The notes under the pieces were generated by a model, which was not told where the DNA came from, ran no database searches, and worked only from the letters and a program-made list of their open reading frames with translations. A program made the position numbers and the translations under genes. Shown here one piece after another: positions 25,616 to 38,900 of a stretch of 64,000 bases of DNA. Source of the stretch: Camelus ferus (taxonomy: Eukaryota); NCBI RefSeq assembly GCF_009834535.1, contig NC_045697.1, forward strand, positions 22,136,001-22,200,000. The letters are read 5' to 3'. The stretch's first letter is position 1. The number at the start of each line of letters is the position of its first letter.

Positions 25616-28600
25616 AAGCAGCATCTAGCACAGACTGAACACTCTTGAAATATTCGAGGGACAAAACCAAATAATCAAATTGATATAAAACCTTTTAGTT
25701 GTAGAGGCTAAAAAAGTCCAATGTGAGGACTTAGGATTTCCATAGTTTTATACATTTACTCAAACAATGCTAAGAAGAGAATGAGCAAAACCCATATTAA
25801 AGTGTATTTTTTTAGGAAAACCTACATTTAGAATATTAATTATATTGAGTAAAACTTTGTATTAATTAAAATTAAAATTTGAAGTGCACATTATACAATA
25901 TATCAATCAATGATTAACCAGGTACTCGGGTAGCCTATTATTTTGTATAGAAGGCACATTGGGTCATTCTATTATAGTGATAAATTGTGAGATATTTTAG
26001 AGAGCAGATTAGTCAAACATTAGAAATTTGAAAATAGCAAAGCAAAATATTATAGATTTGTGACAACCTTTATAAAATGTTTTTAATGCAACTAAATCTT
26101 GAAATTTATATACAATTGTCAGAAAGTTTTATCGCAGATTTAGATTTGTATATGGCAATAATCTAATTGTCATGATGAAAAGTTATTTTTAGGAAGTAGT
26201 GTGTGATAATAAAATTAATGAACATCCTCAGTTAAAGAGAAAAAAAAACCAAAAGAATATTTCATGTTTTTACTGAGATAAGAGATCTTAAGCATCATGG
26301 ACAAGCCTTAATACATCAGACTGTAAATTTACATAGACTAAACCCAGTTAAAATGTAATTCAGTAAAAAAGGTTTACACTTACATCTCTTTAATATTATT
26401 TCCTAATTTCTTCACTGCACAATTGTTTTATTAAAGCTGGTAGCTGGTAACATCAAACACTGTTATTTAGCAGATTTGTATTGCCATTAAGCTAAGCAAT
26501 TTATACTTTTATATCTTAGGAACATAAGATACAATACAAGGCACGAGAAATACACCACGTCCTTAAAGAGCTGAATAAAGGATTAATAACCATTCTTTCT
26601 TTTTAAATCAGTCATAATTTTTATTGATTAAAAAAAAAAAACCTCCCAGTGGTGCCTGTGCAGTGATGTTAGTCCCTTTTGTATTTTCTGTTTTTTTTCC
26701 TCCTTGTGGCCTCAGTATTCAAGTGCTGACTGATAAACTCGTCTGTGGTTTATAGGATTGTTTATTTTATACATAAAAATACTCTTTGTTACTCCTTAAC
26801 AAAAACTGAACTGGGCAGTGTCAGAAGTAGAGCAGTTTCCTGAGGGTGGAAGAACACATAGCATTCCTTCCTTTGCAGAGGTTTTCAGATTCCATCTCTC
26901 CTTGACGCTACCAGGGCAGATCTTAATCCTGCCAGGCAGTCAGGCAGGAGTTAGCTGGCCCTCCACGCTCCCGCCCTGCCTAGACACACTGTGGACCCTA
27001 GCATTAAGATTAATAAAGTGTCCTTTTTGATAACTATCCAGCCACTATCAGCAAGAAAGAGAATGAAAGAAAAGTGAACCGGATCACTGCCTGGAGCCTG
27101 GCCCCCCAAGAGGAATATACAGGACTGTTCATGTTCAAAAGAGCCCTGGGTAGGAATGTGAGAGACTGTGGGAGAGTTTTAGAGTCAGAACCAGAGCTAA
27201 AATATCTGTTTTCTAATTGTTAAGAGAAAACTTACTTTAAGATGGCTCTCCCAAATAGGGTAAGGAAAACGATACTGTTATCAGGGATGTTTATGTGGTA
27301 TGGCAATGGCATTTTCTCTTATATCCTTGTACCAGACAAGTCAGGTTCTGATATAGGTTTAAGGACACTAAGCAGGGAACAGCAGTCTCACTGCCTAATT
27401 AATCTCCCTATATATATATATTTTTTTTTTTTTTGATGTGTCTCTTCTGCATATCAAGGAGTGTTCTGTTCCTCCCACCAAATAATCTGTTCTGGTTGGA
27501 CTAAGCTCAGACTTGCCAGCACTAAACCACGTCCTTCCCACCACATTGCATTAGGCTGTGTCAGCTTCCTTTTCTGCAAACTGCTTTTTTTTTCCCCCTT
27601 TCATCCTTTGTCCATAGCCCACCGTGTCTTTAAGAAGCAGCTCAGTATGTGCCTTGTCAAAGTTCGCTCCCCGTATCCCTTCGCTTTTAACTCCCAAGCA
27701 CTACAAAGTTTGACCCTTGTTTTTGTTCCCCTCCTAAAGATTGTATTTTTGAGGCTATGAAGCAGGTCTTGTGCCTTATTTCTCGTTGGCATTGCAGCTG
27801 TGTTCCCTGTGCTCATTGCACTAAATCACACAACCGTTAGTATCAGCACCCTAGTTTCAGTATTTCCTCTTCAATCATACATCTTTCTGAAAAGAGAAAC
27901 AGACTTTACAAGGGCTGAACCACAGTATTCGCTGTGATGTTCTTGTTTCATCTACATGACAAAGAATTTCTGTCCTTTGGGAATATCAATCTCATTACAA
28001 ACTCTCTGTTGTCAGTGCTACTTAATAATAATCACAAACCTTCTCTCCACCACTTCTTTTTGAATATCATATGGTCCATTTTCCCTTTTTTATCCAGGTG
28101 AAAATCTAGCTCGTAACATTGTCTAGAAACAAATATCTACAAATACCCCTCTAGTACCTGGCTCCTATCTTTGAAATATTAAAAAAAAAAAAAAGAAAAA
28201 GCTTTCATTTTTATTTCCCTTAATCCATAAAGTTCTGTTTTCCACTCTATGAATTCATGACTCTAAAATTTCTGTTTAATCTCTCCTGTTACCATTCTAC
28301 ATTGTTTTAGGAGTTTATAGACTTGGCTATTTATAAAACCATTTTATATTACTTGTTACATCTGGATAAGTTGTACTATTAGTGTTTATCTGTTTTGTGT
28401 ATGTATATTTATTTTCCAGAGTTTCTCATAAGCACACCTTTTGTTATTTTGGTATCTTTTATAGTATGGTGCTAATTTCCAAATATACTAACTCATAATA
28501 ATCTACCCTTCCTAAGATCAAAGGAAGAACTTACCATATATAAAATCCTTAGGATATTAGGAATCCATATACCAAAAAAATGCTGTGTTTTATGCTAGAT

Positions 28601-29436
28601 TCAAGGATCTTACCACAGATTAAGAGCATGTGGATTTTTTTTTTTTCCTGGCTTGCAAGTTTCCCCAGTTTGATTCTTCTAAAGATAAAATGCTGATCTC
28701 CAGATAATCACTCAGGTATATTTAAATGTAGGAATAATTAGATTTCGTTTGCTTTGATATTACTGGAATATGTTGGTTTGGAGGGGGATTTAAATTTTAA
28801 AAGATTCTGTGTAATGGCAGTTAATATTTTTTAAATTAAATACAAAATGAAAGAAAAAAATGAAAGCTACAAGAAGTTATGTTCGATCATATCAGATAAA
28901 ACTTAGGTTTGCTACTTTGAGTTTGTTTCTTTAATTCAAAAGGGCTAGATAGTGCATATGCCCTCAGAATTCTTTGATGCTAATCTCTTATGATAACCAA
29001 TTAGCTTCCAAATTTCCCAATTCAAGGGCTGACTAATACTCTTGCTTAAGTATTAGGTGGGTCATGTTATTTTAAACAGAGATGATGGCTAATAGTGAGC
29101 AGTGTGTCAAAGACCAGAGGAGTTGAGAAACTGGAAAGTTTTGAGATACCCTATCTAAATAGGATTAGGGCAAGACCGAAAGGCTTATGCTCCAAACCCC
29201 AAAGATCTTTGTGATAGCTGCTTTCCTAAACATTAGGATTAAAGGTTAGAATCACATTCAGACACAAGAATGCAAACATGTATTCACAAAAATCCCTGTC
29301 CTTAGAGAAAAATTCAAGAATGCCCCAGCTCTTCCGTAAATATTACACTGAGAAATGTATTGTGAGAGGATCAAAAACATTTTTTTCAGAGGCAAAAATT
29401 TAATTTCCTCTTATTTTTTTTAATATTTTACAAAAC

Positions 29437-29575
29437 TTTTTTTTTAAAAGACTGTTTTTTTTTCCAGAACAGTTTTGGTTCACAACACGATTAATTGAGA
29501 GGAAGGTACAGAGATATACCCTGCCTCCACACACCCATAGCCGTCTCCATTATTAACACCCCCACCACCGTGGAA
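29437..29575 (-). mobile_element. Old LINE-1 (L1MC-like) 3' end fragment
   Basis: ttttt...agaacagttttggttcacaac...aattgagaggaaggtacagagatataccctgcctccacacac...aacacccccaccac matches the recalled reverse complement of an L1MC 3' UTR. Confidence 0.7.
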
Positions 29576-30561
29576 TACTGCTTCTTGTCTTCATAAAATA
29601 TGCATATTTTTAAATCAGTTTAGCTCCACTATGTATAAAAGCTTTTCTAAATACTGTAAAAAATCATTTTCATATGAAGTTTGTATTTAAATATAAACAT
29701 ACAAAGTTAAAGATGTTTTTAAAAACAAACACTGAGAGCCAAACTTGTAGCAGTGTTTCATTTTCAGGTGTAGAGTTGTCTCATATATGGATATTCTTAA
29801 AGTAGTTAATCACTATTAAAATTCAAATAATTTCCTGTTATCATCAACTTTTTATTAAAAGTTTTTGGTTTATTCTTTCCAAATAATTTTATATATTTAA
29901 TTTTTTTAAATTACATATAGTCCAGCTAAAGCCATGTCTACAAAAATAAAATTAAAATATGAGACTTTTTTACAGCTTTTATCAGTTTGACCTCTCGCAG
30001 GGTATAGGAATTCTACTAAATCAACTTCACAAGTTGCAATTGTTTTGATATCAAAACTAAATGCCCATAGGAGAATGTAAAAAGGAAAATACATCGTGAG
30101 TCAGTTATACAGCAATGGGGTAGAGGCAAAATGAAGAAATGATAATAATCTTACTGTGTGCTGGGAGAAAATACATATATAGTTGGTATTGTTCATCCTA
30201 TAATATTTCTTACATCTGTTGTTAAAAAAAACTAAACCCATATATCAAAATCCTGCCTTAAGCTACTCTGTCTAGTCACAAAAGTGAAAATAAGATGGTA
30301 GCCCCTCCAGGGCAGCAGCCCTCCTGTCCTAGACTTGGAAGATTACTGTTGTGAGAATGTTCAGATGAACACCTTTTGAAATACTGAATTTGTTTAAATG
30401 ATCTTTGAAATTTACCTTGATTCAAAAAAAAAAAAAAAGAGAGAAAGAAAATAAGCTTCAGGTTTTTGGAAACGGTTTTAATGGCGAGGTCTGTGGATGG
30501 ACACCACTGTGTAGGGGCTGCTGATTTTCCCTTTACATATTTCCCCATCTCCCTTCCTCAG

Positions 30562-30650
30562 GTGTTGCTGCCATCACCACCTTTCCCCTCCTCCCCTTTC
30601 CTCATGGCAAGACGCACGGAAGAAGAGTGCTGTTAAGGCCTCTCCATTAA
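30562..30650 (+). CDS. PCDH7: Alternative PCDH7 cassette exon, coding part (exon 30562-30657), short alternative C-terminus (G)VAAITTFPLLPFPHGKTHGRRVLLRPLH*
   Basis: Branch-like CTGAT at 30521-30525, then a ~45-nt AG-free pyrimidine-rich tract ending cccttcctcag| at 30561. Phase-1 join to the upstream exon gives 28 further open codons, TAA at 30648-30650, and donor CAG|gtatgg at 30657/30658. Confidence 0.78.
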
Positions 30651-32084
30651 TCAACAGGTATGGTGGTTCTCACGAAGCAGAGCAACTGCCCCTCTTCTGC
30701 GTTCTCCATTAACAGTCTTTCTTACGTTTACAAGACTCGTTCACCTGCTGGACAGAGCCTACTGATAGGGAAGGATTGCTCAGCCTGAGTACATCTTTGC
30801 ATATTTCAGCATGCTGTGCATTTCAGAATTCCCTGCCCAGTTGTAGATTATTTTTTAAGCGTATGGAAGAATTAATGATACCATTTTCAGAGGAAGGTGC
30901 TATGAAGTCTCCTCAACTGATTACACAGGAAAAAAATGGGCCTTGTGTGTTTATATATCCCACTTTCAACGTTCTACAAATCCTTTTTATATAACATACC
31001 TTTGAAATGTGTAAAATGGGAAAAGTTTGTGAATTTGAACTCAGTGCAATTATGATAGCATTTGAATTTTCCAAAGCATGGACAAAACTGGATGCACATC
31101 AATTACAATACTTATTCATCTGGTTATAGAAAATTAAGAATAATCCAGTTCAGATAAATCTGAATACCCTACAAAGCGCTGTCCTCCAGATGTAGGAGCT
31201 GAATGTATGCTAATCACTTTCTGCAAAACTTCCTTTTGTCAACTCAGCTGGTGGTATTTGAGAGGGATGGAGGGGACTATTTCCTTCAGCAGTCCCAAGA
31301 TTGCCTGGTTCAGGCTGCTACATTTTGAAAGGAGCTAGTCCCTCAGGGCTCAAACTCCAGCAGAGTCATCACCTATGAAACATAAACACTCACTCATCAC
31401 AGGGAAACGCCCACCTTCTTGATTTCCTTTTTCACTGGAGGAACTGGTCCTCCTAGCTCCTGCAGGGGCTTGTTTTGAGGATGTGTGAGACTCTGCACTA
31501 CATAATTGTGACTCCATCAGAATCTTTGAGACGTGACTAAAACACTACCTTTGGGCTAGGAAGATTATTGACAGATGTCTTTAAAAAAAAAAAAAGCAGT
31601 GAGTGTGTATATAGGTGTGCATGTCTGTGGCAGCACTATCTGTGGTGTTCCTTAAAACAGCATAATTAAGACTTGTGAACGTAAACAAAGCCTTTTCATT
31701 TTCATTACACGCATGAGTGAAATGATGTGACCATTAACCATTAAAGGCTAGACCATTAATCTTCATTCAGCAATGTGTGTCCTCTTATTCTAGAAAGCTC
31801 TGAAGTCATTAGTTGGCCTTCCTGATCCCATTTCTACCTACATTTCTATTCTGGATGCACACTGTGCTCTGGCCCCCATCTCTTTCTCAATGGGTAAAAT
31901 CTCTCCTGTCCACAGACCTCTGCATAGTTGGGTCTCTCTGTTTGGCATGCCCTTTCCCCGGGTCTGTTTGAAAAACTCCCAACAGCAATGATAACCACAC
32001 ACATATGTTGAAGATTGACATTGGGTGTCATCAGGCCCAATGTAAATAAGCTTAATAATCTCTGTTTTCTGAATTCATCTCCAC

Positions 32085-32200
32085 AAGGGAACGTAAAGTT
32101 AGAAATTATTATTGTCCATATTTAGTAGGTAAAAAATGAGGCTTGGAGAAAATCTAAAGTGGCCGAGGTCACTCAGAGTTGACCGAATTGGGCATGTGCC
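32085..32200 (-). mobile_element. MIR SINE fragment
   Basis: attattattgtccatatttagtaggtaaaaaatgaggcttggaga...ccgaggtcactcag is reverse-complement MIR core. Confidence 0.6.
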
Positions 32201-32259
32201 TTAAGTAGTGTCCTTAATCCTCTCAAGCAAAGCTGGGCTTCTCAGTCATGTTTGACTCC

Positions 32260-32356
32260 GAGTTTCTAGAGGACAATGATTTCATCTTATCCTTTATGAC
32301 CTCTTCTGTGTCCACGGTGTTTGTTACTCACTAAATGTTGGAACAAATGAATGAAT
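32260..32356 (+). mobile_element. LINE-2 3' end fragment
   Basis: tttctagaggacaatgatttcatctta...ctcactaaatgttggaacaaatgaatgaat. Confidence 0.55.
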
Positions 32357-33374
32357 TTTCACAAAACAGTCATTCATGTTTTTCACCCTCACATGGGCCC
32401 TTCTCCTCACTCATACTTCCCTCTGCTCTGTTTTTATACCCCTGAGTTTGTGGCTCTTGGCTCATTAGCTTCACAGATGACAATATATCTTATCATAAGA
32501 AATAAGTCATTATTTCCCCCCAAATTTAGGACCTGCAACTAAAAACCAAGTAAGTATAAAATGATTGAAAACAGAAAAGACATCATTTAAATTTTATAAA
32601 ATTCATCAAATCTAGTGGTAAGAAAAGAAGTACTTATATCTCATATGGAAAGAAGACAATTCAACCAAAATGTTCTAAATTTTTTGAGGAAAGGTAATAA
32701 GAGAAACCTTTTTTTGACATTATATGTTAAGTAAAGAAAATATGCACCATATAGGAAAAGAGTCTTAACAGTTTACCATACAAGAATAGAAGGGAATGGA
32801 GAAGTAAAATATAGATAAGAAAACAGAAATAATGAGATTTGAGGTGAGTGCATAAATTGAAAGCAATGAAAAATTGGAAACAGATCATTGAAAACTAGGG
32901 ACACTGAAAGGACTTTAAAAGAATGTGAAACACAACTTGGAGGGAAAAAAATCAATGCAGGTAGAGAAAAAGGACTTTATTTATAAGTTCATGTTTCCTT
33001 TATTCTTAGGAAAGCCTTTGAGGTAAAATGGCTGGAAAGAGAAAGGGGAGTAAAGATATGTTACTTTGTGTACACGGTTTTTCTAGGACTTTTTCTGTGG
33101 AAACAGTGCTTTTGAGAGCAAAATAAGGGCTTAAGCATTAATGTGGAGTTATGTATTTAGAACTTAAAAGGTTGTGCCTAGAGAATACAACTGAGGTAGG
33201 GAGGACTTGATGGAAAATTAGGAAACAAATCAAAATACCCTTCCCCCCACCCTACCAAGATATTCCGAGTGTTAACCAATCTGTTAGCTCTGTGAATTAT
33301 ACAGATCATTTCATGACTATTTTTCTTTAGGTAGAGTGCCTAGGGCATAGAATGAATGTTTGATGAATTAGTCA

Positions 33375-33780
33375 TGGAAGTTTAAGAGTTAGTAGAGAGA
33401 TTATGGTCAACCAATCCAGTCTCAGATTGTTCACGTATCCTTTAATGCTGCTATGAGTCATTCATTTCTGCTTGAATAATTCCAGTGACACAAAATCCAG
33501 AGGTAGCTCACTCTATTTTGGGACATCTTTTAACTTTCTACCTTTCTCTAATATTGAGCCCAAATCTGCCTTTCTATAGCTCGAATCCATTTATCTTGGG
33601 TTTTCCTTTTGAGAAAACACAAAATAAGTTCTATTCCTTTCCCAAATGGAAGTATATCCAGGACCTAAATTCAGATAGATACTCTGTTATAGTGTCTGGA
33701 TGTGTAATATTCCCTCTGGTTTTTTTTTTTTTTTTTTCTGGTTTACAGCCTCAGTCTTCCCAATTGTTCTATTTTACTTG
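33375..33780 (-). mobile_element. CR1/L3 LINE relic
   Basis: ttctgcttgaataattccagtgac...ctaatattgagcccaaatctgcctttctatagctcgaatccatttatcttgg resembles reverse-complement L3 3' region. Confidence 0.6.
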
Positions 33781-34241
33781 GTTGCAAAGCCTTTTAGCAT
33801 TCTGGTTAGTCTCATTTAGTGAAAAATATTTTTTCAAAGAAATAAGGAATTTAAGATGAGCTCCCCCAGTTTATATTTTTATACTTATTCATTTTGAAGA
33901 ACCCAGAAAATCCATTTAAATACCTTTGGGGAAATAAAGGGGAGGTACAGATTAAAACTGCATATGGCTTTGATCTGAATTTGCACATAATAAAGGTATG
34001 GTTTGGCTAGTGTATAATATATAAATAAAATAAATACAAGTATATGTAAAAAAGAATGAAAAAAGAAAAAAATGAATTAATTAAAAAATAGTATTCGATT
34101 GATATAAAAGAATTTTCAGTCTCTACCTTTTATTTCTTAATTGAATAAGTATTTTGATTTGAGTTGGGTGCCTGAAATGAATTTTTCCCTAAGAAAATTT
34201 TTCCCTAAGATGCCCATTCAGCATTCTAGCAAATTTGGCAC

Positions 34242-34244
<3 letters not shown>

Positions 34245-34277
<33 letters not shown>
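34245..34277. repeat. (TA)~16 microsatellite
   Basis: Direct inspection. Confidence 0.95.
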
Positions 34278-34280
<3 letters not shown>

Positions 34281-35254
34281 CTTGAGTGGATAATATCAGT
34301 AGAAGTAAAAGACAAACAAAACAAAACAAAAACAAAGCAAAACAAAAACTATTTTCTCAGTGCAAATTATTGATTTTAATGACTAATATTATGTACTCAC
34401 TCACATATAACAGTAATGTTACATGGAGATCAAAATAGAGCAAAATAAGACTGAAAAATGTCTGAATTGGATGTCCTGACAGGTATGGACTTTCCTTAAT
34501 AAAAGTTACTGCAAAGTACATCCTTCATGTATGTGAACTCCTCCTTAATGCCAAGGTGCTGTCAGTGTCCCTTGGTGAGTCCTATTTATGAGTAGATGGT
34601 GGCAATCTCTCAGCATCCCTGTATATCTGACTTTCAGTGAGTGCCTAGGCACAATATATGGCCTTTCTAGAACTGGGACATTTAGTTAATTTGCTGGCAG
34701 AGAATGCTTTTAATGCCACATGACTTTTCCCTGACCCTACCCAGGATTTCCATTTTCAATTTGCTTCATATATTATGAACCTATATAATCTTAATGAACA
34801 TCTTCCATATGGTAATTATAGTGCTTGACTTTATAGTCTCAAAAGCTTCAGTGCCTACATAAATTCTTTCTCTATAATACTGTTGAATGTTGCTTTGTAG
34901 GCTTCCCGTTCTGCTTTTCTTAGATTCAGTTCCCAAAGTAATACCCTTTTGGCATTTGATTATATATGAGTCTTAGACAATATTCCAAAACTATAGAAAA
35001 CCTATATGTGCTCTGCCTCTCACTGCTGTTGAAGAGGTATGCTATGTGTGCATATATAATTTAATATTTTTCAATCTCTTTTAATATTTCAGAAAGAGGG
35101 GAGTGGAATGTATGAGATACAGATCAATCACCTAACCTCTCAAGACCTCACTTATTTCACCAAGATAAGGGATTTAACTAACTGACCTTTAAAGTAACTT
35201 CCAAATTTCTGAATATGGAAGACAAGGAATTTTAGTAATTGGGATTTGCTCTAG

Positions 35255-35345
35255 GTTTGCCAATAAACTATATTTAACTTTCCTGGGGGCATGGTTTCCT
35301 CATCTGTAAAATATGGAGACCAAGTTGGACCAGAGATGTAATCTT
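35255..35345 (+). mobile_element. MIR/MIR3 core fragment
   Basis: gtttcctcatctgtaaaat is the hallmark MIR core, followed by gttggaccagagatg. Confidence 0.7.
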
Positions 35346-35589
35346 TAGTGATACAGCATGTGTTGACCTTATTTTTCCTTTGTGAAGTTTCTGTTGAGAA
35401 GGATTCTGAGAACTTGCTTTGACTCTGCAGCATGGATTGTCAAGATCATATGATCAATTATGACTTATATTACAGGCTTCTTACATAATTTCTAAGGTTT
35501 TAAATTAAAAAAAGTTTGATGATTACTATCACTTAAGGTGCTATATTTTTCTTTTTTGGTGTATAGGCAGATAGTGCTTTTAAAAATAC

Positions 35590-35962
35590 GTGCATCCAAG
35601 AAAATGTTTGGTGCACTGAGGAAGACAGGTTGAAGAGAAGACAGTAATTTAAAAGACATTTGAAGCACTTTAATGCAGCAGAGAGACAAAGGATTTGACT
35701 CATTCTTTGTAATTCTTGGGGGCAGAACAAACGCTGGTAGGTAGAAAGAGTAGAAAATTGCTTCCTTATAAGGAGGAAATGTATTAACTTAAGAAATGCT
35801 CAGCAAAATCTGCTCCAAAGAATAGCCTATGTTCTGAAATCTTTATCACTGAAGATGTTTAAGCTCAGGTTGCATGGTAATTTCTCAAAATCATTATTAA
35901 AGGAATTCATTCATAAGTTAGACAAAATGGATTCTAACACTAATGGTCTGGGATTCTATGAT
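35590..35962 (+). mobile_element. CR1/L3 LINE 3' end
   Basis: gaagacaggttgaagagaagac...atcactgaagatgtttaagctcaggttg... ending in the CR1-type tail gattctatgatt. Confidence 0.65.
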
Positions 35963-38900
35963 TTTCAGCAGACATAATAGCAATCATTCTGTACTGGAAT
36001 CTGGTGACATAATTCTCAAAGATTTCATTGGAAGGAGTGATTGAGAATTTTTAACATAGTCACCTAATTTTTAACCAATGCTACAATGTCCTAGTGAAGC
36101 TCTTTTTCTTACCAAAGCTACTATTCTGAAGAGAAAGTCACTAGTTTCCATCTGCGGAACTATCAATTCTTTTGTGTCTAGAGATGCCACTCTGTCCTCA
36201 TTTTGAATATAATTTCTCTATTGCAGTATAACTGACTATAGTAAAGTTGTAATAAAGACAACTTGCAAAAGTAATTTTATGATTGATTGTTTTCTACTTC
36301 TTAAAGTGTGGAATATAAAGCATTCATATAGAATCATAAATTATTTCACCTGGGAGAGATTATGAAAATTCCCCATTTGGAAATCCAGTTAATGAGAAGA
36401 AGTAACTTTTTCAAGGTCATTAAATTAGTGAGAGAGCTGTAATCCAGATTTTCTGAATCCCTGTCCAGGGGAGCTGGAAGAATAACCAAACTTACTGCAG
36501 TAGCTTGCTTAAAAGTACAGATCTTGGTGAGTTGACACTTTTTTGTGTGTCCTTGGATGCACTGTTTACCTCAAATCAGCAGGATGAAATGGGAAAGCAA
36601 ACAATTTTATTCATAAGAAACAGAAAAACACTAGGTAGTGTAGCCTGCTGTGCTCCCGGAGGGGCATGGAAGTTGGCATCTCTTTGCAAAGCTTGACATT
36701 ACAAACATTCTTTGTAATCCACTAAAGTTTTTTGCTGGAAGTGAAAAACTAGTCAAAAACATATTCCAACTTAAAATCAGGAGCTGCCTGATATGATCTT
36801 ATCACCACTATCTTGTGACTGGGGACACCACAGTAGGCAACACCCCCAAAGTTTACAGAAACAAGTTACTGAAGAGTCCAGTCAAAAACATTGACCAGAC
36901 TCACCCATCATTATGTAAGCTTGCCTGTCCACTCTCATCAGGACAGCAGGCGTCAATTAAATAAATAGTACTTCTCATTATAAAGAGGACGGTTAACACA
37001 GGCACATTAGCTGCTTGTAATAGGATATTAGCTAATTGGCGGGGGGAGAATGTCTTTAGACACCATAGTGCATATTGGTGAGGATTTGAATTATCTGTGG
37101 TCTTTGTTAAGTACAGTACCATGATAAGTCAACATAGTCAAATAGTGAAGAAAATGCAGGCAAATATTTTTTTAAAACAACAAAGAAATGTAGATCTAAT
37201 TTAGAAGTGGCACCACTTTGGGGAAGATCATGGAAAACTTGGCCATAATGCTAAAGTTTTACTGATATCTGAATTTATAATGAGAACAAAATACAAGGTT
37301 GAGAGGACTGATGGCTTTCCAAAGGTGTTTTGGATCACTTATCTTAAAGTTTTTTTGTTTGTTTGTTTTGTTTTTTCCTCAATAAAGCACCATACTATCA
37401 ATGGCTTTTTTTTCTTATTTCTGAACCAATTATCAAAAAGACATTGTATATTATGTCTTTAAATATGTGAATTCAACAGGCTTTGCATAACAAGTATTTT
37501 TTAGTATGTATCTACAAGACATTTTCTCCCAGGGGACTGAAGTTCTAATTTTATCATGGAAATCAGTGGAAAGGTAACTTCCAGCTAAACCATGAATTTG
37601 CTTTACTGAGAACTCCGCTGGATCGCCTTAGGTTAGGGGATAATATCCAAATAGGTTCTACTTCAGTAAAGGAGGGAACAGAGGCAGAAATCAAATCATT
37701 TGCTTACGTTTTGCAGCACCTGAACGTAAGAACATTGTGGTTATGCCTCAGAGACTGAGAATGCGTGCTGGACTGGGATGAGTAGATGGTGGTTCTGTGA
37801 GAAAGTAAAGAAAGGAGAGAGATCAAAGCTGTACAGAACAAACTGCATGTGCGTGGGGACGATCAGTGAGGGAGGATGTTACAGGTTTTGAAATATGCTT
37901 AACTTTTTAGTTAATTGTTTGTTGCACAACAAGGCAGTCAGACTGGGAATGCAGGGAAGTAGGAAAAGAGGAGGAGAAAATTAACAGTACCCTGGCAGGT
38001 CTGCTCAAAGGTCCTTTTTTAGATGTCTCATAGGGTTAACTGTGCCAATAATCTCTCTCTCTCTTTTTTTTTTTTACATTTCCAGAATATATGTCAGGGA
38101 CATATGAGTGTTACATAAACATATCAAATTTATATCAAAGAATACAGAATCTATTTATGACCAATCAGGTTGCCTTAATAGTGGTATCAGGTTATTATAT
38201 ATCACAAAAGAAATACATCTATGTTCATGTAAAACTATAGTTCATTACTTTTCATTTTAAAGCATAAGTTTAGAAAATGAAATATATTTTATGTAGCAAA
38301 ATTATTTTAACACGCCCTTTTAGTCTTTAGAAAAGTTTGGTGAAAGATAGGAGAAAAAAAAATCTTCAAGTATTTTTGGCCAAGTACTTTAAAGTTCTGA
38401 TAATATTTTAACAAAATCAGCTCGTTCAATCTGGAAGTAAACGGTTTACAAGTGAAATCAGTGATTATGCGACATCACAGGACTTTTAAAGAATATAGCA
38501 CCTGTTCTGTTTTTTTTTTTTTTAAGAGAGAATTTTAATATGTATCTAATTTAATCAAGAAAAAGTAGACCAATAATTTCATGTAATAAATCATTGCTAT
38601 AATTAAAACAGTGACTGGCAAAACACAAAAACCAGATTATCTCAACACCAGTTTAATAATAAATTTTTAAGAAAAGAAAAAGTATCATGAACAGATAAAC
38701 CATAAAAGTATTTTATTAAGTATGCAATAATATATTTGTCCAAACATCGGTATACTTGTTAGCCATTTTATTTTAATGTAACCAATAAATAAATTGAAGA
38801 GTAGTTCAAGCAGATGTCAATTATTTAAGTATTTGTTATGTTTTATATGGGGTGGGGGGAGCCTGCTTATTGTTTTAATAGTGTGAGGCTCCAAGCACTA

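Noticed and set aside
33485..33859. 124-aa plus-strand ORF
   Set aside because: Overlaps an antisense CR1/L3 relic and a poly-T run; no protein similarity.
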